Shown one piece after another: positions 44,531 to 54,100 of a stretch of 64,000 bases of DNA (within the stretch, counting starts at the first letter, position 1; each line of letters begins with the position of its first letter). The notes under the pieces are model-generated. The model was given only the letters and a program-made list of their open reading frames with translations. It did no database searches and was not told the DNA's origin. The stretch lies in contig OZ251225.1 of the NCBI GenBank assembly GCA_965240325.2, forward strand, positions 2,914,001 to 2,978,000, in the 5' to 3' direction. The position numbers and the translations under genes were made by a program. This stretch comes from Rebecca billardiae RCC1528. Its lineage: Eukaryota > Protista > Haptophyta.

Positions 44531-44824
44531 TCGAAATCTCCGGAATCACGAATATATATATATATATATATAATGCGCATATATATATTATTATTATATT
44601 GATGATGACGTCACGTCAATCGTGAATCGATGCCATCCGATCGATCCGACGCCCGCGCGGATAAATGCTGCAGCGCGCGCTGCGCATATATATATATCAT
44701 GCCGATTCGCATATATCGGATCATCAATCATCATCGCCAGGCTGCTGGAAAATCGTACGTAGTCCGTCGAATCGGCGGTCGCCGTAGGCGACATCGTCAT
44801 GCGCGTTGCGCACCAGCGCATTAC

Positions 44825-47446
44825 TCAGTCGTGATGCGCCGCGGGTGGCACCGCCCGAGGCCCGCCGTCGGGCCCAATGCCGGCGTGCGCGCCGTGGCCG
44901 TGGCCGTGGCCATGCGGCCCGCGGCCGTGGGCCGCGGCGACGACAGCGTGCGCGCGCGCGAGGCGAGTGTTCCTCCGCGCGCACGTCATCGCGACCGTGC
45001 GCCGGGCCTGCCGCGCCGCCTCCGCGACGACGGACGCCTCGTCCACGCCCTCGCCCATGCGCCCCCCCAGCCCCTCCTCCTCGCCCGCGCCGTCCGCGCC
45101 CGCGCCCGCGGCGCGCGCGCGCGCGCGCTCGTCCGTCTCGGCGGCGGGCTGGGTGCCGGCGCGGGCGAGCTCGGCAAGCCTCCGCGCGATGGCGCTGCCG
45201 CGCTCGTCCGCAAGCGCGAGCGCGCCGGGCTCGTAGAACGCCAGCTGCCACAGCGTGCGCACGGCGGCGAGCTGCTCCTCAGCGTCCGCGGCCGGCTCGA
45301 GCATCTGCGCGAGCGGGCCGAGCGGCATGGCCGGCCAGCCGAGCGCGAACGCGTCTTCGCCGACCTCGCGGCTGAGGTCGAGCAGGCAGTAGGCGGCGGC
45401 GACGCGGACGCGGCTTTCGTCCGCTCGCGTCGCGCCCATCAGCGCGCCGAGCCAGCGCGGCGCACCCTGCGTGAGCAGCGCGTGCCGGTAGGGGGCGCAC
45501 TCGCCGCCCTGCCGCGCGGGGTGCAGGAACCAGCGCAGCTGGCTGAGCACGTGCGCCGCAGCCTCTGGGTCGAACGGCGGCGGCGGCGCGCGGCGCACGC
45601 GCACGCGCACGCGCGCGTGGTCGGGCTGTGCGCCTTCGGCAAGCTCGTCGCCGTCGGCGCCGCCGCCCAGATGCCTCGGCTCGGCCACGGCCTGGCCCGC
45701 GCCCTCCTCCTCCTCCTCGCCCTCCTCCTCCGCGCCCTCCGCGCGCACGCCGCCCACGGCGAGCTCAACCGCGGCCGCGCCGACCGCGTCCGCCACCAGC
45801 TGCACGTCGGCGGCGGCGGCAGCGAGCGGGTCAGGGTGGGCACGGCGCTGGGGCGCGCCGGCGGGCAGAGCGGGCGCGCCGGCCTCGGCGCCACCGCCGC
45901 CGTTCGCGCCACCGCCGCCGTTCGCGCCACCGCCGCCGGCCGGGCCGCCCGCCGCGGCCGCGGCCGCGGCCGCGCCGCCTCCCGCGCCGCCTGCCGCGCC
46001 GCCTGCCGCGCCGTCTCCCACGCCGTCTCCCGCGCCGTCTCCCGCGCCGTCTCCCGCGCCCGCGCCCGCGCCCGCGCCCACCGCTTGGGCCAGTGGCATG
46101 CCCGCGGCCGGTTGTGCGGCAGCGTCCGCATCCGCCACCACGCGCCCGAGCTCGGCGAGGCGCGCGAGGAGCAGCTGCTCGCTCGCGCGATCCGCGCGCG
46201 CGGGGGCCTCCGCCTCCGCGCCCGAGCCGCCCTCCGCCGCGCAGCCGCGCGCGGCCGCGCGCTCCCGCTGCTGCGCCGCCTCGGCCAGCCGACGCACCGC
46301 CGCGGCCAGCGAGCAGACTGTGACCGGAGTGTGTGCGATAGCGCGGAGAGTTGGCGAGAGTCGGCGGAGTGAGCCGAGGGCGGCGCCGGCGACGCGGGGC
46401 GAGGGGCGCGGCACCGCGGCGCCGCTCAGGATCCGCCACGACACGTGCCCGCCCGTCCGCCCGCCGATCACCAGCTGCTGCAGCAGCAGCGGCAGCCCTG
46501 AGGCCGCGACCACGCGCGCGCCGTGCGCGCTCGCGCAGATTGTTTCGAGCAGCACGAGCGCGCTGCCGGCCGCCTGGTCGGCGAGCTCGACGTGGAGTAG
46601 CATGTGCAGCGTGATGAGCACGCCGGCGCGCAGCAGCTCGTGCGCGATCGGCGCGTCGCTCGCCAGGTCGACCAGGCAGCACAGCGCCGGCACCAGGTCA
46701 GGCTCGCCGAGCGCTGTCGGCGGCGGCGGCGGCGGCGGCGGCCGCGCGCCGCCGCCGCCGCCGTCCGCGTCGCCGCGCGCGCCCGCCGCCGCGGCCTCGG
46801 CGGTGATGCGCGCGTACTGGGTGACGTGCGAGAGCAGCTCGCGCGGCGCGCCGGCGGCCGCGAGCGCCCGCCGCCGCTGCGCCACGCTCCCGGGCCGCGG
46901 CGCGGGCACGGGCCCCGGCCCGGCGAAGGTGAGCTCCCGTAGGCCTCGCACCCAGGGGGCGAGCACGCGCGGCTGCAGCGTCGCCGCCGCGGCCCACGGC
47001 GCGAGGTAGGGCGGCGGCGGCGCGAGGCGCATCACACGCGTCACCGCGCCGAGCACCGCGTCCGGGTGCCCGCCCTCCGCGCCCTCCGCGCCGTCGCCCT
47101 CCTCGTCCAGCGGCCTCGGCGCGTCGGCGTCCGCGTCGGCGCCGTCGCTCTCGCCACCCTCCTCGCTGTCAGCCGCGCCGGCGGGGCGCGGGTGCTGGGC
47201 GCGCCACAGCTCGACGGCCTGGCGCAGGCTCACGTTGCGTGGCATGTCGCGCCGCGCGCGCCTGAGCGGGCGCGAGCACGTCACGCACGTCATCGGCAGC
47301 TGCTGGCGCGCGCGGCCGTCGAGCCAGCGCAGGATGCAGCGCTCACACACCGACTTGCCGCAGCACGTGAGGAGAACGGGCTGGCGCATGAGCGCGTGGC
47401 ACACGAGGCACATGAGGTGGTCGGGGACCTCCTCGTCGGCGCTCAT
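44825..47446 (-). CDS. RING finger plus ARM-repeat-like protein (putative E3 ligase)
   Basis: VPDHLMCLVC..PVLLTCCGKSVCERCI..CVTC..RNVSLRQAVE; helical repeats (ALCCLVDLAS, AAAYCLLDLS, AVRTLWQLAF). Confidence 0.75.
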   Translation of the reverse strand: MSADEEVPDHLMCLVCHALMRQPVLLTCCGKSVCERCILRWLDGRARQQLPMTCVTCSRPLRRARRDMPRNVSLRQAVELWRAQHPRPAGAADSEEGGESDGADADADAPRPLDEEGDGAEGAEGGHPDAVLGAVTRVMRLAPPPPYLAPWAAAATLQPRVLAPWVRGLRELTFAGPGPVPAPRPGSVAQRRRALAAAGAPRELLSHVTQYARITAEAAAAGARGDADGGGGGARPPPPPPPPTALGEPDLVPALCCLVDLASDAPIAHELLRAGVLITLHMLLHVELADQAAGSALVLLETICASAHGARVVAASGLPLLLQQLVIGGRTGGHVSWRILSGAAVPRPSPRVAGAALGSLRRLSPTLRAIAHTPVTVCSLAAAVRRLAEAAQQRERAAARGCAAEGGSGAEAEAPARADRASEQLLLARLAELGRVVADADAAAQPAAGMPLAQAVGAGAGAGAGDGAGDGAGDGVGDGAAGGAAGGAGGGAAAAAAAAGGPAGGGGANGGGGANGGGGAEAGAPALPAGAPQRRAHPDPLAAAAADVQLVADAVGAAAVELAVGGVRAEGAEEEGEEEEEGAGQAVAEPRHLGGGADGDELAEGAQPDHARVRVRVRRAPPPPFDPEAAAHVLSQLRWFLHPARQGGECAPYRHALLTQGAPRWLGALMGATRADESRVRVAAAYCLLDLSREVGEDAFALGWPAMPLGPLAQMLEPAADAEEQLAAVRTLWQLAFYEPGALALADERGSAIARRLAELARAGTQPAAETDERARARAAGAGADGAGEEEGLGGRMGEGVDEASVVAEAARQARRTVAMTCARRNTRLARAHAVVAAAHGRGPHGHGHGHGAHAGIGPDGGPRAVPPAAHHD

Positions 47447-47887
47447 CGGGCCGGTGTGGCCGCGCGCTCGCGCGCGCCGACTCGCAAACAGCGCCCCAGC
47501 CCGGCAGCCCCGCCAGCAGGATCTTGGCTGCCGCCTGCGCTGACGGTAGCGCTGCACCAGTCCTGCTGGTCGTCTTCACTCACTCGTCAAGTCGTCAGCC
47601 CGGATTTTCCACGCCGCACCAACCGGAGTTCCACGGCCGGGCGCCAGCGCCCCCGCTCACTTCAGCGGTCGCCCAATTTGCTCGCGGCTGTGATTCATCG
47701 AATCATCAGGCCCGCTATGATAGGCAGCGGAATACCCAGCTTCGTCGCTGCAACTTGCAAGCTACCGGTCGCCCGGGCGTCTTCGCGGCTCTGCCGTGCG
47801 ACGGGCCCGGCACATCCGTTGGCTCGCTGTGAGTCGCCACCGAGGGGGCGTAGAAAGGGGGCCTGTGGCCGAGCGCGCTGAGCGCCC

Positions 47888-50786
47888 ATGGAGGGCGCCG
47901 CGGGCTCGCCCGACGGCGCGGGTCGCGCGGCGCAGGCCGCAAAGCCATCGCTCACGCACGCCAAGCGCTCGTCCGCCGCGGGCGACCACGTCGCGTCCAG
48001 GACGCGCGGGCAGCCTGCCGACGGCGCGAGCGCGCCCAGTCTGCTGGCAGCTGACGCCGCCGCGCGCAGCGTGGCCGAGGACGGCACGGACGCGCGGCCC
48101 GCGTGCAAGCGGCCGCGAACCGCTCCGGGCATCACCATCTCCCGCCTCGGTGAGCTCCTCCCCCCCCTTCCCCCGGCAACCGCTGCCTGCTGCGCGCGCG
48201 CGTGCGCGCGCCCGCGCCCGCTCCCCCGCGCTGCCACGGCGCTCACGCGCGGCGTGCACGCGCGTGCACGCACCCCGCCCGCTCGCCCGCCCACACCGCG
48301 GCCGCGTGTCGCGCGAGCAGGTGGGACCAGCCCGATCCGCCCTTCGGCGAGCAGACCATCCGCCCGCGCGAGCGCGTTCACATCGGTGATCTCGCCTTTC
48401 AGCAACTTGCCGCTCCATCCGGCGCTGCTGCTGCCGACGCCGCTCGCGCGGTACGCGCCGCGCGCGCCCGGCTCGGCGGCGGCCGACCCCGCGGCGGCGG
48501 CCGACGCGGCCGCCTCGGCCGCGGACGCGGACGGCGGCGCGGCGCTTGCAGCGCGCGCTCGCGCCGTGCACTTTCTGTCCGCGCGCGGCGACGCCCTCGC
48601 GCCACCCGGCTCTGAGCTGGAGCTCGACGCGATGGACGAGGCGGTGAGCGCGCTGGCGGTGCTCTCGAGCGGGCGGAAGCGCACGCCGTTCGCGCCGTCG
48701 TCGCTCGGCGGCAGCCCCAGCGGCGCGGCCGACGCGGCCGCCATCTCGGGCCTGGAGCACGCGCTGTCCATTCTACCGACGCAGCGCGGGCCGAGCCTCG
48801 CAGGAACGCCGGTCGGCGGCGGCGGCGGCGCGGACGGCGACGTGCCGGGGCAGCAGCGCAAGCAGGCGGCGCACAAGCGGAGGCTGCAGTTCAGCATGGC
48901 GGCGGGCTCGCACGTGCCCGGCCTTGACGCGCTCGACGCCGACCCGCTCGGCGGCGCTGTGGACGTGCTGCATCAGCACGGCACGCCCGCGCGCACAGAG
49001 CAGGTGAGCCGCCGCCGCGCGCGCGCGCGCGCGCCCGCGCGCGCGTGTGCGCGCGTGTGCGTGTGCGTGTGCGCTGTGCGAAAGTGCGACGCGCGGCGGC
49101 GCCGGGCCGATGCGTCGGCCCGCTTCTCACGCCACACGCCGCGCGCCCTCCCCCTCCCCCCGCGCCGCGCAGTACCCCAACGAGCTGTTCCTCCGCGAGA
49201 CGCCACACGCGTCGCCGTCGACAGGACTTCTGCCGCCGCTGAATCTGACCGCCACGCCCAACTCGCTCAAGGAGTGCTTCAGGCTGGCGGACTGCCTGGT
49301 GGACGCGGCGTCGCTGCTGCACACGCAGGGCGAGGGCGGGCTCGAGCCGCCCGCCGCCGCCGCCGCGCCGCTCGTCCCGCCGCTGCCGGACGCGGCGCGC
49401 GCCGCGCCGAGCGCGCACGCGATGGGCGCGGCGGCTGTGGACGCTCCGGCCAAGCCCAAGCGCGACCGCAACAAGGAGAATGGGGGTAAGCCGGGTAAGC
49501 CGCGGATCTGCAACTGCAAGAACTCGAAGTGCATCAAGCTGTGCGCGCACGCGCCGCGCGCCGCGCCGCGCGCGGCGGCTCGGGCGCTCGCCTGCGCCCC
49601 CCCCCCCTGCGAGCGCCGCCGCGCGCGCTTGCGGGGCGCGCGCGGCGGCGGGCGGCGGCGCGCGCGCGGCGGGCGGCGGAGCGCGCGCGGCGGGCGCGCG
49701 GGCGGACGCGGCCGTGAGCGGGCGGGCGGCGGGGGCGCGCGCGCGCGCGCGCAGCGCAGGCCGCGCGCTGCGCGCGTCGGCCGCGCCACTCACCCGGCCC
49801 ATGCGCGCTCCCGCCGCGTGCACACGCCCCACCCCCGCTCTCCGCCGCCGCCGCCTCTGGCGCACGCGCAGCTACTGCGACTGCTTCTCAGCGGGTGTCT
49901 TCTGCGTCGACGGGTGCAAGTGCAAGGAGTGTCTCAACTCGGCGGAGCACGAGGCGAGGGTGGCGCAGGCGCGCAAGTCGATACAGGAGCGGAACAAGCA
50001 CACGTTCACGTGCAAGCTGAAGAAGCTGCAGCAGGTGTGCCGCGCGCGCGGCGGCGCGACCTCGCGCGGCGCGGCCGCGCGGCGGCGGGCGGCAGCGCGC
50101 GCACTCCGCCGCGCGCGCTGCTGCCTCACTCGCCTACGCGCCGCGCGTGCTCTGTGCGCGCGCAGGACGGCATGCACTCGAAGGGGTGCAACTGCAAGAA
50201 CTCGCGCTGCGTCAAGAAGTACTGCGAGTGCTACCAGGCGGGCGTGAGCTGCACCGAAAAGTGCCGCTGCGCCTTTTGCGCCAACGGCAAGCCCGGCGCC
50301 GAAGAGCCTCCGGCGCGCGACGGCTCGCAGGCGGTGGCGCAGCCTCCGGCGGCCGACGCGCTGGTGGGCGCGGCGCGCGCGGACGCGTCGTCGCCTGGCG
50401 CCGTGCCCGAGGTGGGCGCGCCCGCCAGCGCGGCGGGCGCGGGCGCGGCCACGCCCGCCTCGCTCCCGCCGCAGCCGCCCACCGCCTCGCCAGCCGCGGA
50501 GAGCGCCACCATGCCTCAGCTCGCTCCGACCTCGCTGCTGCCGCCGCCGATCATGATGCCGCGCCTCCCGCCGCTGCCTCCCGACGCTTACAAGCTGGGC
50601 GGCGGCTCGCACCCGGGCACGCCCTTCAAGCAGCTGATGCCCGAGCACCTGGTGGCCAAGGTGGAGAGCGTCGTGTACAACGACGCGGAGGCGGAGAGCG
50701 CCGCCGCGCTCGGCGCGGCGATGATGCTCGTCTCTCCGCTCAAGGTGTTCGCAGTGCACGACGCAGAGGGCATCGGCGTCGAGTAG
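47888..50786 (+). CDS. Tesmin/TSO1/LIN54-like CXC-domain protein. Exons 47888-48149, 48321-49003, 49173-49540, 49872-50034, 50166-50786
   Basis: Spliced [33 protein letters not shown]; hinge [10 protein letters not shown]; second [37 protein letters not shown]. Confidence 0.9.
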
Positions 50787-51180
50787 GGAGCGAGACGACA
50801 AGCGAGCGCGCGGCGCGCGGCCGCGCTGTGACAAGCGGCAGGGGCGGGCTCCGAGCTGCGAGTGCTTCTGCTTGGCCACTCGACAGCCGGGATCCCGCCC
50901 CTCACTCCACGCGTGAATCTTTGGGGCCTCGCGCTCGTCGGCGCACCGGGCCGCACCGGCGACGCGCTTGCCGATACTGTCTGTCTGTACAACTGTTTAT
51001 GGCCAAGCCGCTTGGCGGCGTGGACTACAGTTTACGACTCAGATTTCACGTCCGGCGTGCACACTGCTTGGTCCAGGCACTAAGTATACCGCCGATACAG
51101 CTAGTCTGATGAGCGCGCTAGTCATCATCGTCGCGTCGACAGTAGCATCGTCGTCAGATCATTATCATCAGTCAGCACCA

Positions 51181-54100
51181 TCAGATGACGGCGGACGACG
51201 ACGACGCCGCCTCGCACGAATCGGACGAGCAGCCGCACTGCGACTCGTTGGGCCGGCTGATGATGCTCGCCGCGGACGAGCCCTGCTGGGCGCAGCCGGC
51301 TGGCCAGGTGGGGTGGTCGAGCCCGCCCAGCTCGAGCTCGCTCCAGCGCACCTTCGAGGCCTTGGCCTGCTGCCACGCCCCGCCGATGCCCGCCGCCGCC
51401 GCCGCCCGCTGGAAACGCGCCGCGCGGCCGCCGCGCCTCGGCGGGGAGAAGGAGCGTGGAGCTCGGGGCACGCCGCCCGCGCCGCCGGCAGCGCGCACGG
51501 CAGGGCCGCCCTCGGCGCCGTGCGGCGCGGGCGGTGGCGCGAGCGGCTCGGCCGCGTGCTGCGCGCCGCGCACCGGCCAGCGCGCCCGCGTCGGCCCCGC
51601 CGAGGCGCTGCGCTGCCGCTCCAGCCGCCGCTCGGGCGAGGGCGATCGCGATCGGCTCGCGGCGGCGCCGGCGGCGCTCGCGGCGCGCTGCGCGGCGGCC
51701 CAGCGCGCGCGGCTCCACTGCGCGAGCGTCGGCGGCGAGTTGGTCGGGCGGCGGTGGGCGAAGGTGCGCCAGCCGAGCCGCTGCACGCCGCCGTCCGGCA
51801 CGCCCGCGCGCTCCGCGCCGCGCGCCGCGCCCATCGCCAACTGCCTCTCGCGCACGCCCTCGTTGCCTTGCTCCCACCGGTGCCGCCGCGCGAGCAGCCA
51901 TGCCGTGGGCACCGTGAGGGCGGTAAGAAGCGCCCACGACCAGAGCGAGAGCGCGCGCGCGGCCGAGCCGGCCCACGCGTCGGAGCGCGGGTCGAAGGGC
52001 GCGTGCGCGCCCCGCGCGCCCGCGCCGCCCGCGCCGTGCATCGCCAGCGCGCACAGCGCGCTCAGCTGGACGTAGGTGACGGCAAAGACGGCGCGGCAGA
52101 CGACCATTGCGACACACGCAGCTGGATGCGCCATGGGCTGGAACTTGAAGGCGAACCAGACCATCACGACGGCGGTGGCGAGCCACGAGCAGATGCTGAG
52201 CGCGCGCAGCGGCGAGAGCGGCGCCCCCTCGCGCTCCGTGATCACCAGGTCCGCCACCCAGTTCACCAGGATCGACAGCCGGCCGGTGAGGCCAAACTTC
52301 CAACCGTGCGTCGGGTGGCGCGTCCAGTGGCCTGCTCGCTTCACGACCGTCGAGCCCCAGTACGTCATCAGCTGGCGCAGCTTCTTGGAGGAGGAGGGCA
52401 GCGCGTCCTCGAACTCGGAGAGGAACGTGACGTCGTTGAACGACGCGGACATGCGGCACGCCACCACGATGTACAGCGGGAACACCAGCCCGGTCGTGAC
52501 GAGGTAAGGCAGGTGCGCGCTCGAGTAGCACCGCACGCGCGCGTCCACGCGCCACGCGCCGTCGTCGCACGCAATCGCGTGCAGCAGGAAGCGCGAGATG
52601 AGGATGAAGCCGCCGCCGCCGAGCACGATGATGAAGTAGACGAGGAAGCGCTCGACGTAGTACAGCGCGCGCCCCGTGCGCGTCTTGTACACCACCCTCG
52701 TCGCGCCCTTGTTGGCGAAATCCGTGACGAACGACGTCGGCACGGCGCGCAGCGCGTACACGCACCGCTCGTGCGCGCGGCTCACGAACAGCGCGATGGA
52801 GAGGAGGGCGAAGAAGACCATCAGCCAGTACACGCGCACGCGCAGCGCGTACGCGCGCGCCGCGCCGGGCGCGTCCGCGCCGCCCGCGCCGAGCACGCCG
52901 AAGAGCGCCGACGAGCCGCCCGCCGCCGCGCCGCCGCCGCCGCGCTCGGCCGCCGCGCCGCCGCCGTCGTCGCCGGCGCGCGCCGCGCCGCCGCCGCCGC
53001 CGCCGCCGATCGCGTTCCACGCCGGGTGCGAGAGCGCGTAGATCACCGCGGAGACGGTGACCATCGGGCCGTCGAGGATGGCGGTGAGCACGCTCGAGAT
53101 GGGCGTGTGCGTGAACCGCGCGGCCGACGAGCGCGGCAGCGTCTTGCACGCGGGGCCATCCGCGCCGCGCGCGCTCAGTCGGCTGTTGCTCCGCTGGGCG
53201 CGCCACCGCCGCAGCCGGTCGCTGAGCCTGCCCGGCCCAAAGCTCGAGCTGGCCGAGCAGAAGCTCGCGCCGATGTCGCTCGCGTCGGCGTCGGCCACCT
53301 CGGCGTCGGCCACCTCGGCGGCGCCCGCCTCCGCCGCGGCGGCGGGCGATGCGCACGGCGCCCTTGCGACACGCGCACCGCTCGTCGCGCTGCGCGCTGG
53401 CAGCGTCTGCAGCTCACACCCCGTCACGTGCAGCTCGCCCGCGGTGGCGGCTCGCTTGAACGCCGCCACCGAGCCCGCCGCGGTGCCCCCCGCCGCCGCC
53501 GCCGCGCGCGCGGCCGAGCGCGGCGGCACTGCCGCGCTCGCCGCCGCCGCCGCCGCCGCCGCCGCGGGGTGCGACTCAGTCGCCTCGGTTGGCGGGGTGG
53601 CGGCGGCGGCGGCGCGCGGCGCCGCCGCGTCGCCCCGCGCGGCGCTCGGCGGCGCGACGATGTCCGACGGGTCGACCGCGACGCTCGTCTCCCACATCAG
53701 CACCGTCGTGTCGTAGTGTGCGGAGAAGAGCCGCGTGCGCAGCTCGAGCTCGAGCCCGAGGCTCGCCGACGGGCCGCCTCTGTCGGCGGGCCGGTCGGCG
53801 GCCGAGCCGGCTAGCGAGCTGCCGAGCGCGCGCGGCGGCGCGAACGCTCGCTCCGCGAGGGCAATGGCGGTCACCGCCGTGCGGCACTCGATGCGCACGA
53901 GCGCGCACGCGCGCGCGATCGACCACTGCACGATGAAGCCGTCGTTGCTCCCGGAGAACACGAAGAGCGGCGCGCGGCCGCGCGGCAGCGCCACCGTCGT
54001 CACCTTGTCCTCATGGCCGCAGTACAGCTGCCGCGGACGGCCGCTCTGAGCGCTCCAGCGCCGGAGCGTGTGATCGTTCGCCGCCGAGAAGAGCGACTCG

